64,000 nt of DNA. It comes from Amphiscolops sp. MND2022 (Eukaryota). The DNA is taken from NCBI GenBank assembly GCA_964187785.1, contig OZ076409.1, positions 62,746,001-62,810,000 of the forward strand, read 5' to 3'. Numbering within the stretch: the first letter of the stretch is position 1; every line of letters begins with the position of its first letter. The position numbers and the translations under genes are program-made. The notes under the pieces are model-generated. The model searched no databases. It saw only the letters and a program-made list of their open reading frames with translations, and was not told the origin of the DNA. Shown piece by piece: positions 49,824-61,673 of this stretch.

Positions 49824-51706
49824 AAATTAAAAATGGGAATAAGATCTGAAGGGAATAAGATCTAAAATTTCAGGACGGGAATAATATCTAAAGGGAAGAA
49901 GATCTGATATCACTAGGTTTTAGATCTTATTCTTTAGATCCTCTTCCCCCTCCCAAAATAGCTATGGTTCAGTTTGTGAAGGCGGACAGGTCGGAAAATA
50001 TCCCGGTGCTTAGCGGGCTTCTTGTTTTCGATTATTAATTAACTGTTTCTAACTCCCCGTAACTTTTAGTAAGACTTGACCTCTCGTCGAAGGGATCAAG
50101 CTGAAAGTTACGTGGACGGGAGTTTGAAAAATTCCGTGTGTGGCTGGTTTTCCGGTGATGGTCACTGGACCCTCCATGCACTCGACATTGACGACGATTA
50201 CGATGTTCCCGAGCGCCATTGCGGAACCCAAGAAGTGGTAGAAGCAGCCGAACGAGGAAGTACCTTTGAATTTACTTTGTATTATTTTTATTTCTGAATT
50301 TAACTTTTTAAAACCGTTTTTCTCAACAAGCTGTAGGCTATTATAAGGTTTCCTAAGTTTACTTTTTTTTTCTTTTAAAGGAGCTGAGTTTTTTTTGACA
50401 CTGAATGTGTCGTTTCAGATCCTCTTTGACCTTGCTACTCCTTTCGTTAACCGATAAATACCGTTAATTGACAAATAAAAAATTGCACTGATGCATAGAA
50501 AGCTCTTACGAATAATATTCTTCAAGCGAAAAACCATGAGTATAGAGTCGGAGGTGATAAATGCACATATTCTTAGCGTGCCTCAACTTTACGTTTATGA
50601 ATTCATCAAATTCGCTTTTAGAAGCGTTAGAAAAGAGGTATCGAGTGATTATCTGAACAATCTTTACACAAAAGCAAACAGCAATCGTTGTTCTGAAATC
50701 TATGGATAAACCTTATTTTCAATTCCCTCATTCATCTAAGAACTGGGAAAAGCACTCATTACGCTATCGAGGTACAACGGTACTGAATTTTTTGATAGAC
50801 GAAGGGTTGTTTCCGAACGATTTATTTGAAATGACTGATTGGTCTCTTATTGATAAAATTCACTGCTTGAAATATTTCTTATTGCTAATACCTGATGATA
50901 CATTGTTATTTTCCGACCCCACATTTTACAAATGGGGGAGGAAAATTATGATCTGTGATGCGTTTTTTTCCAAGTTTTACCAAATCTCCACAATCTCCAT
51001 CTTTTGATTACTTGACTATTACTTGACTTGATGAAGATAATTCAAGTCTTCTCTCTCTCTCAAATTAAAAATGGGAATAAGATCTGAAGGGAATAAGATC
51101 TAAAATTTCAGGACGGGAATAATATCTAAAGGGAAGAAGATCTGATATCACTAGGTTTTAGATCTTATTCTTTAGATCCTCTTCCCCCCTCCCAAAATAG
51201 CTATGGTTCAGTTTGTGAAGGCGGACAGGTCGGAAAATATCCCGGTGCTTAGCGGGCTTCTTGTTTTCGATTATTAATTAACTGTTTCTAACTCCCCGTA
51301 ACTTTTAGTAAGACTTGACCTCTCGTCGAAGGGATCAAGCTGAAAGTTACGTGGACGGGAGTTTGAAAAATTCCGTGTGTGGCTGGTTTTCCGGTGATGG
51401 TCACTGGACCCTCCATGCACTCGACATTGACGACGATTACGATGTTCCCGAGCGCCATTGCGGAACCCAAGAAGTGGTAGAAGCAGCCGAACGAGGAAGT
51501 ACCTTTGAATTTACTTTGTATTATTTTTATTTCTGAATTTAACTTTTTAAAACCGTTTTTCTCAACAAGCTGTAGGCTATTATAAGGTTTCCTAAGTTTA
51601 CTTTTTTTTTCTTTTAAAGGAGCTGAGTTTTTTTTGACACTGAATGTGTCGTTTCAGATCCTCTTTGACCTTGCTACTCCTTTCGTTAACCGATAAATAC
51701 CGTTAA
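49239..51706 (+). repeat. 1.24-kb near-perfect tandem duplication
   Basis: 49239-50467 repeated at 50477-51706 with 9-nt filler TTGACAAAT; covers the LINE-C 3' end plus flank. Confidence 0.95.
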
Positions 51707-51765
51707 AGAAATTTTAATAATAATATTAATAATAAAAGTAGCATATCAAACGATAGCATACCAAA

Positions 51766-51999
51766 TCATCGACTTTGAACTTCCTTGTAAAAGTCCGGTA
51801 TTTCATACAGAGTGTTTGTATCACAAGTTTCCATATCATGTTCGACTAGGCACACAGCGCATCGTAATCCTCCATTGTCATTCGTAATTGTTTCCAAGTA
51901 TTCGCGTCGTGGCCCACAATAGGAATGACCGCAAAATAGTGGTCTGGGATTTATCAGGACCTCGTTGCAGGTAACACATTCTATCGACTCAGTATTCAT
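51766..51999 (-). pseudogene. TRIM-like C3HC4 RING finger fragment
   Basis: CVTC..NPRPLFCGHSYCGPRREYL..LRCAVC; one expected Cys is Tyr; no downstream domains seen. Confidence 0.65.
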
Positions 52000-53117
52000 T
52001 GCCTGGTGTCATGTGTTCCATGATGATCTTCTTGACCGAAAACAGAATATCAAAATTGAGAAGGAATATCTTGAATGCCTACCAATGACCTTTTATTTAT
52101 ATAAATATAAACATACAAGTTGAAACTATTTGACTTTGACATTTAAAACTATTTGACATTTATTGAATACTTCACCAACTGAGAAAAGTAATTTTATAAT
52201 CAGAAGAACGAATAATACAGATAAAGAACAGTTTAGTTTTCCTAACCAAAAAGTGGATTGCGTCCCAAGCATCTTAGACTACCGCTCGACATCTTCTGAG
52301 GAATCGTCTTGAGAGAAGTGACAAAACCAAGACTCTGAAAATAAGAGTTATGACTTGGTGACAGGAGTACAACAATCCACAAGAAAATGCTACATATTAC
52401 TAATCTTTTCTTCGTCGAAAAGGAAAACACAGGCCACGCCCAGACGACCACTGCTCAGCTGCACATCCACGTTCACATCCAGTTCCACCGATGATGAAAC
52501 TAAAACAACAGTGGCCGGCAGTATCTTGCTAACTACAAACACTACAAATTGCGTTTTTCTACAAGACGTTGTTTCAACTCCATTTTTCCATTCTACTGCC
52601 AAGTGTAAAGGCTTCAAGAACATGCGTTTGATGCTGATATTTGACAACAAACAATGATGTATTCCTTGGAACAACTTTTGGAATGGATGATGAAATCCAC
52701 TTTGGAATGGATGATGACTTCACAACTTTCAGCTCCAATTCGATTGGTGAGTTTAAAGCCATTTTGATGTGGTAAATTGATAATGATGTTCTTTTAACGC
52801 CTCACTGTCTGATCAGACTGATTTCATTTTACAAAATAGCACATTTTCATTTTCAAAAATTACAAAATTTGGCAAGGTACTGAAACTGCCAGTTCATTCA
52901 TTTCTGTTTGAAGCATCTGAACTCCCTTTCTTCTTCTAACACATTATAATCGTTACAAGACTTTCGGAAATTTTCATTTGATTCTACTGTTCTGAGATTC
53001 AACTTTGAATTTTCCTTTTCTCGAAATTTTGTTTTTTTTTCTTCTTTTGAAGAAATCCTACTTTCTTAATCTAAACCTTAACATATTGTTTTCTCTTATT
53101 GTCACTTCACGTAAATT

Positions 53118-54402
53118 ATGGCTCAACCTCAACTAACTCTCACTCCTTATTCAGGTACGGAAAAAGAATTTTCGCGAATTCGAGCATTTGCTCAGAAGCA
53201 TTCTTGCGGTCGCTGCGGTTCCAGCGAATCAACAGGCGAATTTTTTACAATTGCATCTTCGTGACGCAGCTCTACGTTATTTTCAAACTTTGCCCTTGGC
53301 AACCCGCCAAGATCTAGAACTTTCGATTGCTGCTTTACGAAATCATTTCTGTAATCCACAACTACAAGAAATTCACGTTTTGAAACTTGAAAATCTTAAA
53401 TTTGATGCCAAAACAGACAATCCGGAAAACTTCTTAGTTACATTACAAACTAAAGCGTTTAAAGCGTATCCGGATCCGAATCCACCAGCAGTCGCACCAA
53501 TTGATGCCGCAGCTCCCGACGCTGCTGTTGAACAAACACGCTTCGATCAGGATACTGCTCGACGTGCTGAACTAATACGATCCGCGCAAGAAGCTAGAGA
53601 ACATCAAATCCGACGACAATTTATAAAAAACATGCCGGGATGGCTACGGGCAAAGCTCCTAGAACAGCCGGAAAACACAACAGTGGACGATTTATGTATT
53701 TTCGCACGTAAACAATTGTCTATACATAATCTTTGCAAAACAGATGATTCTGTTATGGACGCCTTTAGTGAAATGGGTCCTTCAGTGACTGATACACTAG
53801 TAAATGCTTTAACAAAATTGAGTACAAGCCAAGAGGCAATGGACAGTCGATTAAATGAGATGTCCAAACAAATGGAAGAGCGTAATACTTCTTTTACGAA
53901 TCAGTTGGAAGCCTTTACTAAAAACCAAAACGAACAGTCTCAGAGAGGCTCGTATTCCCAAAACCGTGGTCAAAATTCTAACTACCGAGGCAATCGCGGT
54001 AATTACAGAGGTCGCTACCGAGGAAATAACAGAGGCTATCGTGGACGTTCAAATTATCGTGGAAACCGCGGTAATTATTACCAAAATTCCTCATCACAGT
54101 ACCAGTCGCCTCAAAATTTCAACAATAATTTCTCAAACACTCAGTTTGATACGAATTATAATCAGACGCAAACTTCGAATGCCCATTTTCAGAATCAAGG
54201 CCAACAAAATTCGAACTCTCAACAGCAAGCGACTTTTGAAGTATTCACTCCAGACTCTAACTATATGCCATATACGCAGCAGTCCTCGATTACGTGCCAC
54301 AAATGTGGTTATCCAAATCATCTGGCACCAAATTGCACTTTGAAAGGGCCAGCTCCACGTCGAGGGACACAAAATCCTTTCAATCAGACTCCAAAAAACT
54401 AA
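53118..54402 (+). CDS. gag: Gag (frameshift near 53170), RG/N/Q-rich region and CCHC knuckle
   Basis: MAQPQLTLTPYSGTEKE / FREFEHLLRSIL..LHLRDAALRYF; CHKCGYPNHLAPNC. Confidence 0.9.
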
Positions 54403-57400
54403 TAACGCAGCACAAGAATCCGCCCTCTGAACTTACAAACAATGTCCAGACTAAAAAGCCAGATACATGTAATGACGAACACTATAATGAATTGCCAGAA
54501 ATGTGCGCAGTACTCCCCTTAGAAGGAGAAAATTTGTTATATGTACGTTTAAAATTTACCTCTGACCTTAAGCGTAGAGCTTTAATTGATACGGGCTCTT
54601 GTGCTAATGCAATACCAGAATCAATTTTTTTAGAACTACAAACTAATATTCCAAACCAGATAGTCATGGAAGATCCTTCCTTCACCTCAGTACGGATGGC
54701 ATCAGGCCAGAAAGTTACTATCAAAAAACAAGCAAAAATATCTTTCAAAATTGGAACACATACGTTTCAAGATAGTTTTCTTATCTTGCCGACGATGAAT
54801 AGCGCTATCCTTGGAAATCCTTTTTTCAAGAAATATAACATAACAATTGATCCTCGGCACAACCTTTTACACTTGCCTGATTTAACGGTTCAACTTAACC
54901 AGATTCTTCCGGAAAAGGGACAAAAATCAAAATATACAAAAAAACTACCTAAACTACCGCTTTTACTCCAAAAAAAAGTATGCATCCCGCCTCAAACACA
55001 AGCACTTCTGGAGTGTCAGTTCGATGAAAACTTTGAAACTTATAAAAACTGCACGGGACTGGTAATTCCTAGTGATCGCTTAGAAGATAAAAGTGGCATT
55101 GTCCTCACGTCGTCACTCAGTACGATAAATGATGACGGAAAAGTCGTTCTTTCAGCAATCAATTTTTCTGATAACCCGATTACACTCAATAACAAAACAG
55201 AAATCGCTCATTTCGAAATTTTAAACGAAACCGAGGCAGATGACCTTATTGCCATTGATCCGACTTTGCTTTCGCTAGCAAAATTACGCAATCCGGATGA
55301 TTTTGCGGGAGAACTGAATCAATTGATTCAGGACTTCCATTTTCAGAAAATTGATACGCCAACAGGCCGCCCGCCGCCGGATTATTCAAAACTCTGGTTT
55401 CCAACGCCGGAGACTTGCACCGACTTTTCTACATTGACTCCTTTGCAACGCGAAATATATGATCAAATTTTACAGCTTCAACGGCTCGAAAAAATGAAAC
55501 CTACAGAAAATTCTCATGATCGGCGCGAATTTTTGAAAAAGTTTTCGTGGGACACTTGTGCCCTTAATAACGACCAAAAGGAGGAATTGGAAGAATTTTT
55601 GGTTGAATACCACGATGTGTTTGCCAAACACAGATTTGACGTGGGATATAATACCGAATTAAAGATCAAATTAACTCCTGAACACCCACTTCCTGTGCAT
55701 GTTCAAGGTCCGCCTACTCCAATCCACCTACGCGATGAACTCTTGGTTGAACTGGCATTATTACAATATTTTAACATTATAACAACTCTTTCACATTCCA
55801 AATATAGTAGTCCTATATTTGTTCATCGCAAAGCATCAGGAAAAATGAGAATTCTTATTGACTTGCGCCGTGTAAACCATTTGCTACGCCATGACTATGT
55901 AAATAGCAATTTTCCGATATCAAATATGACAGATGCCACAAATCATTTTGCGGGCAAGAAATTGTTTTGTAAATTGGATTGTTCACAAGCCTATCATTGT
56001 GTACAAATGGCTGATGACCTCTCAGTTCAGCTTTTGGCTTTTAACTTCGCCTCTCGTACTTTCGCCTACACATGCCTAGCACAAGGTCTCAACAAATCTG
56101 TCACGGGCTTTAGCTCTTTTGTCAAGCATTATTTAGATCCATGCTTAGCGGCAAATATCTGTACCCAATTCATGGATGATATTGCTGCAGGAGTTAATGA
56201 ATTTGATGAACTAATCCCAGTTTTACGAAAAATTTTTGATTGTCTTAGAACATCAGGCTTGAAACTTTCGGCACATAAATGTGAATTTGGAACGACCAAA
56301 ATTAATTACCTAGGCAGTACAATTACTCCGAAAGGTATCTCGCCGGAAAGTGAAAAAATTCAAAAATTTTTGGATCAGATTCGCATGCCAACCACAGTTA
56401 AACAAGTAAAACGTCTTATCGGATTTGTCCAGTTTTTTCGAAATTTTATGCCAAATCTTGGAGACAAATTGCTTCCTTTTTATCGCCTTCTTCGGAAAGA
56501 TACTACATTTACAATCACCAATGATCACCATGAATCGCTTGAAATTTTAAAATCTGACTTAAGTCGCGCTACTAATTTAACATTGAGATTGGCAAAACCG
56601 GGTCTCCAGTACGTAATTCTGTGTGATGCCAGCTACCATGGTACAGGTTTTGTACTCATGATTGAGGACTACCTTCAGGATCAGCATGGAAAAGAGAAAA
56701 AAACATACGCGCCGGTCTCTTTTGGCTCCCGCCTTTTTACGGCCACGCAATTGAAATTTTCTGTGTACTTCAAAGAATTTCTCGCCCTATATTTTGCCTT
56801 GGATCATTTCTCACATTTTATTTGGGGCGCCACTAAACCTGTCCTAATTCTTACAGATAACCGCAGTCTTACACAATTTTTCCAATCCAAAACTATACAT
56901 CCATCATTATGGAATTGTCTCGATCGAGTTCTGTCATTTAATATTCTTCTCGCGCATATTCCAGGTAAAGCTAACTCAGCGGCTGACTTTCTCTCCCGTA
57001 TGCAAACTGATCCTAGCCTGAGCATACAGATTAAACTAACGGATCATGTCCCTATACGCGAAATTGAAATTGAAACAGCTGCTAAAACTCCGGATGTTGC
57101 ATTATCAAATATTGAAGCCGTATCTTCTTTTCCCGATGAGCTGCCTGCCTTAGATCAAAATTTTCTTAATCAATTGAAAATACATGGTCTCTATGATCAA
57201 TTTTTAGCAAAACAGCCCGCGGATGTTCACGATGTCATAGTACATGGACTTTTTTCTTTGAAGCCAGTACCACAAATGAATTTGATCGCATCGAATGATT
57301 TCGAAGATGTTTTGAACGACCTACCAGATCGTATACATCCACTGAATTTGAAAGAAGAACAACGCAAAGATGAAGTAATTACGGAAGTTTTTACGTGGCT

Positions 57401-57848
57401 CCAGAATGGTAAACCAGATGAATCCCTTCATCTTCCGATTGCGCTACGTAAATACCGCAAACAATTCAATCGCCTAGAAGTTCGGGATGATATTCTATAT
57501 CGTCTTTTTTATGATGATTGCGGTAATGTCCAATATCGACAATTTTGCGTGCCAAAACATCTCTGGCGTGAAGTGGTTTTTCGTCTTCACAACTCGAAAA
57601 CTGTAGGCCATTTTGGAATAGCAAAGACTATAGCAGAATTTCGTAAAAGATTCTATTTTCCGAATTTTACTGAATTTTTACTGTCTACAGTCAAAAACTG
57701 CCTAAGCTGTCTCCAATTAAAGCGCGCGCCATCTAAATTTTTGAAACCTCCTTTGCAACCGCTATCGTCCGAAACGTCTTATCCGGGCGAAATGCTCCAG
57801 ATTGACTTGGTGGGGCCTCTTCAGTCCCCCATTATCGATATGTCTTAA
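54294..57848 (+). CDS. pol: Pol: protease, RT, RNase H, integrase zinc finger
   Basis: LIDTGS; YSSPIF..IDLRRVN; LDCSQAY; FMDD; CDASY..KEFLA..TDNRSL..ADFLSR; HNSKTVGHFG..CLSC. Frameshift near 57830. Confidence 0.95.
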   Translation: MPQMWLSKSSGTKLHFERASSTSRDTKSFQSDSKKLITQHKNPPSELTNNVQTKKPDTCNDEHYNELPEMCAVLPLEGENLLYVRLKFTSDLKRRALIDTGSCANAIPESIFLELQTNIPNQIVMEDPSFTSVRMASGQKVTIKKQAKISFKIGTHTFQDSFLILPTMNSAILGNPFFKKYNITIDPRHNLLHLPDLTVQLNQILPEKGQKSKYTKKLPKLPLLLQKKVCIPPQTQALLECQFDENFETYKNCTGLVIPSDRLEDKSGIVLTSSLSTINDDGKVVLSAINFSDNPITLNNKTEIAHFEILNETEADDLIAIDPTLLSLAKLRNPDDFAGELNQLIQDFHFQKIDTPTGRPPPDYSKLWFPTPETCTDFSTLTPLQREIYDQILQLQRLEKMKPTENSHDRREFLKKFSWDTCALNNDQKEELEEFLVEYHDVFAKHRFDVGYNTELKIKLTPEHPLPVHVQGPPTPIHLRDELLVELALLQYFNIITTLSHSKYSSPIFVHRKASGKMRILIDLRRVNHLLRHDYVNSNFPISNMTDATNHFAGKKLFCKLDCSQAYHCVQMADDLSVQLLAFNFASRTFAYTCLAQGLNKSVTGFSSFVKHYLDPCLAANICTQFMDDIAAGVNEFDELIPVLRKIFDCLRTSGLKLSAHKCEFGTTKINYLGSTITPKGISPESEKIQKFLDQIRMPTTVKQVKRLIGFVQFFRNFMPNLGDKLLPFYRLLRKDTTFTITNDHHESLEILKSDLSRATNLTLRLAKPGLQYVILCDASYHGTGFVLMIEDYLQDQHGKEKKTYAPVSFGSRLFTATQLKFSVYFKEFLALYFALDHFSHFIWGATKPVLILTDNRSLTQFFQSKTIHPSLWNCLDRVLSFNILLAHIPGKANSAADFLSRMQTDPSLSIQIKLTDHVPIREIEIETAAKTPDVALSNIEAVSSFPDELPALDQNFLNQLKIHGLYDQFLAKQPADVHDVIVHGLFSLKPVPQMNLIASNDFEDVLNDLPDRIHPLNLKEEQRKDEVITEVFTWLQNGKPDESLHLPIALRKYRKQFNRLEVRDDILYRLFYDDCGNVQYRQFCVPKHLWREVVFRLHNSKTVGHFGIAKTIAEFRKRFYFPNFTEFLLSTVKNCLSCLQLKRAPSKFLKPPLQPLSSETSYPGEMLQIDLVGPLQSPIIDMS
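54393..54399 (+). promoter_or_regulatory. -1 ribosomal frameshift slippery heptamer A AAA AAC
   Basis: Sits immediately before the gag TAA; pol is in the -1 frame. Confidence 0.8.
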
Positions 57849-59895
57849 CGGCGATCGATGTCTTTACAAAATATCTTTTTGCGGTACCACTAACAAATGT
57901 GCGAGCAGATACTATCGCCCGTGAACTCGTTGGAATCTTTTTTCGACACAGCTATATTCCGGAAACGATTCTTTCCGACTTAGGGACAACTTTTGTCTCT
58001 GAGTTGCTTCATGAATTAATGAAGCTACTAGAAGTCCAGCTAAAACACGCAAGCTTGAAACATCCACAAACTGTAGGGGTTGTTGAACGTTCTCATGGTG
58101 CGCTCAAGCGCATTCTCAAGCTTCAAACAAATGAACAATGGAATGATTGGTATACATACGTCCCTTTAGCCGCTTTCATTCACAATACATCTTTCCATTC
58201 GGCAATAGGATGTTGCCCTACAGTTCTTTTTCATGGACGCGAACTAACTAAACCGTTGGATGTTCGATTCAATAATCGCATGATAGAACGTTTTTCACCT
58301 AACAGTGAATATGTTTTCGCCTTACAGGATGCCATGCACAAGAAGTTTTCAGAAACGAAAGAGAAATTAATGACGATGTACAACAAATACCGCACTTATT
58401 ACGACTACAAAGCAGAGGCAAAACCACTTGGTGCTTTTTCGTACTGCCTCCTTCTCAATCCGCGACTAATGACACAATCTGATTTTGCCAGTAAATCACT
58501 TCCTATTTGGTTGCCGCTATATCGCGTAGAAAAAGTCCTAACCAATTCTAATTACATTATACGTAACGTTGGAACAAATTATACGCAATGTGTACACCGC
58601 ATTCGCCTACGACCGGTAGAACCTCAAGGCCGCGTTGATGACCTTCGAGTCATTGATTTCCAAAATTTCCAGCGCGACCCGTCACTCGGTCAATTCCGAG
58701 GTGAACCGTATATATTTGATGCAAGCATTCCATCACTGCTGGATAATCAACAACCAATACTTGTACCACAGGCTGAACCAGAGGTTCCAGCTCCCGTTAC
58801 GGTGAGCCTTATTTTCACGCCTGCCCCGGCGCTTGTGCCGGTGGCCCCTGTTGCTGGGCCCCCTCCTCCGCCTGTCGCAGCAGCGGGTCCAGTGGTCGTT
58901 TCACCTTCAGACAGTCCCAGCAGTGATAATGAAAATACACGGTCTGATTCGTCAAACGAAAATTTAGCGGTTGATCCAGTCACACCAAACGCATTTTCTG
59001 CCAGTCCAATAGAGCCAGTTGCGGCCGAAGCAGCGGCAACTCCAGATCAACCTACAACATCTCGTAATTTACGCCAACGCTTACATCCGATTTACTATGG
59101 TGAAACTCGTTTCAAAAATGCAAAACAAATACCACAAATGATGCGTTTTCAACCGACTACTACTACGAGTAGCGGCTTAACTCGAACACAGGAACAAAAA
59201 CGTCAATCAATTTTGGATTCTCTAGAGCGACATCGGCAAACAACCAGTCACTCTACTATGATGCAACCATCGGGTCCATCTCCGGCCCCTAGTTCAAGAC
59301 CATTTACGCACTCAGGGCAATCTGAAACGCCACCTGAGTACCTTCGGCGACAAAAGGAAGTAAAAGCACGCTACTCGCTAACGAATTTGAAAAAGCGCTT
59401 GTCAAATAATGATGTAAACGCAATTGTGGCGTCCACAAACTATCCAAAATTCCGTTTTTCTCAATCAAATATTCTATCTACAAATACATCCTTTGCGTAT
59501 TGCGGTTCCTCCGATTTGGCAAATCATACAGGCTTGGCGGCTGCTGTATCGCGACGCTATCCAGCGGTACAAAATCTTCACAAAGTGACTCTTACGAGAC
59601 CCCCACCGGGATCCTTGATTGCGTGTTATGATCATTCTACAAAAAAATTCATCTACAATTTAGTCACGAAACGAAAATTTTTTCATCGCTCTTCCTACGA
59701 TACTCTTCAAATGAGCCTTCTCGCCATGAAGCGCCATATGGAGCGCCATAATATTACAGAAATAGGCCTTCCACGACTTGGTAACGGCTATGATAAACTC
59801 CATTGGCCAACTGTTTTCTCGCTTTTATATCAAATTTTTTTAACTCAAACATTACAATCGTCATTTTTCAGCCTATTCGATCGTATTAAACATTT
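57830..59895 (+). CDS. Integrase core + Pro/Ser-rich linker + C-terminal TARG1/Poa1-like macrodomain
   Basis: AIDVFTKY..SDLG..GVVER..HNTSFHSAIG; from ~59450 FIYNLVTK..SYDTLQMSLLAMKRHM..IGLPRLGNGYDKLHWPTV..LYQIF. Confidence 0.9.
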
Positions 59896-60508
59896 CTCTT
59901 GCCTATCCCTATCGTTTAGCCGCCGCTCCGCCACAAAAACAACCAATTTTTCTTCTCACTTTGCATCAGCCAAATTAACTGCCTCAATGCGACCTTTAAA
60001 TCACAATTTCTCAAGGTCAAAATGTCAGATCGCCAAACCGTACGGGTGAAAGTCTTAGAATTTTATGTAGATTCGATTTCTGACGTCAAATTCTCACTCG
60101 GAGACAAAAAATTTTTTCCGCCTCTTAGTCCGCCATTTTGAATTTTCGCGAAATTGAGTAATTTTCACCAATTTTTTTACATTTTCACATGCTATCTTCT
60201 TTCTGTGCCCCCTACTTCGCTTCCAACACCTTTCCACATATCCAAGCAGCACAATTTCTCACTTCAAAGTGAATTATTTCTTTCTTTTGATGAAATATGT
60301 ACACAATTGATGACGATAATGATCCATTTTCTGTCCGATGAATGAGTTCTACTTTTGAAAGTCGTTTTTACGCCCATCGAGGACGGGCATTTTTCGCCAT
60401 TCGGTCCTCCGGTTCTCCCGGACGTTTATAGGACTTATCTTTCCTATCAACACGACTACAGTTTGACTTCCTCTGACAATTTTGCCCCATTGATTTAGTA
60501 AACAATAC

Positions 60509-61673
60509 TCACTCTTCAATAGGCCAATCACACAAAGGCTCGCAGTGAAAAGCCTTGTAAACTGCTGAGTGCATACACTGTACCAAAAAGGTCTCTCGAC
60601 TGAAGCACTCGGTCTGACCAGCTGAATATCTTATCCAGCCTCTGCCACTTTCATATTGCCAGAACACTAGCAGATCGCACTCTAAGTACATTGCCGTTCC
60701 CAACATCTGAAACTCATCCACATCATTTCATTACATGTTCCAATTTTTCCTGTTTGTTCGTGGCATACACTTACTTACCCACGGTTCTCCCACTGCCATT
60801 TTTGAGGCTTTTGTGGCTTCAATTTCCCAAGGCGATGGGGCATACCCAAGTCGTGTCACACACAACTTGTTGAATTCCTCCGTTCTCATTGTCTCACAAA
60901 TTGATTTTCGCAACCTTTTCAAGTCGTTGGCATTCTGTTTTTTATCTACAAACATCATCATTGCCATGTGTTTAAAGTCATTTCGTGCTTTTATCAGAAA
61001 CCACTATTCTTACCGCTCTTTTTTCCAACGAGCAAATAAAAAATGGTCGCAAACCAGCATTCACCTCCGCCTGCAGCTAGAACTGCTTTACAACTCTTCA
61101 CGGGCGGTTCTCCCAGCCCTATAAATTTACTTCCCACGTAATTGTCTGGAATTTTCACATGGGTGAGACTTAATTTTTCACATACTCGTACACGAGTAGC
61201 CTTTGTTACACATGAGACCTGTTGCCACTCATGCCCCTGGTGGTATGACCAAAAACAGTCAGGACAGTTATGAAGAAACCTAAACGAAACAACAATTGAA
61301 GTCTCAGTTCGTACACTCCATAAAACGACTATATGTCGCCATTCAGGTCGTTTTGCCATACTTACAGCGTGCACGCTCGCTTTAGACCACCTTCATATCT
61401 TGGTAGAGCAAAGCCGCGGTCACTTAACTCTTTTTGCAACACTTTTCTGTCTCTCACATGCCCCTTGCTGGTGATGTGTACAGGTTGCAACACCTGCTCG
61501 ATCTGTTCGAGGGTTGGAACCTTATACCCGTTCCATAACAGACCCCCGTCGGCGCGTACACTGTACTCCTTAATACGGGCTCTCCATATCACATTTTCTT
61601 TTTCAGTCAGCAGTTCGTCTTTTTCTCCGCTTTTGACCATTTTAAGGATGGCTGCATACATTAATGGCTCCAT
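60509..61673 (-). CDS. Predicted 4-exon antisense gene: HHCC zinc-binding domain + OTU-like cysteine protease (~312 aa)
   Basis: Exons 61673-61366, 61279-61014, 60945-60779, 60706-60509 with GT-AG introns that keep frame; motifs GGGECWF..YLL, LKRLRKSIC, W, FHCEPL. Confidence 0.75.

Noticed and set aside
52242..53100. 5' LTR/PBS of Gypsy-B, or genes in the overlapping small ORFs
   Set aside because: No second LTR copy in the window to define boundaries, no convincing PBS, and the ORFs lack motifs.
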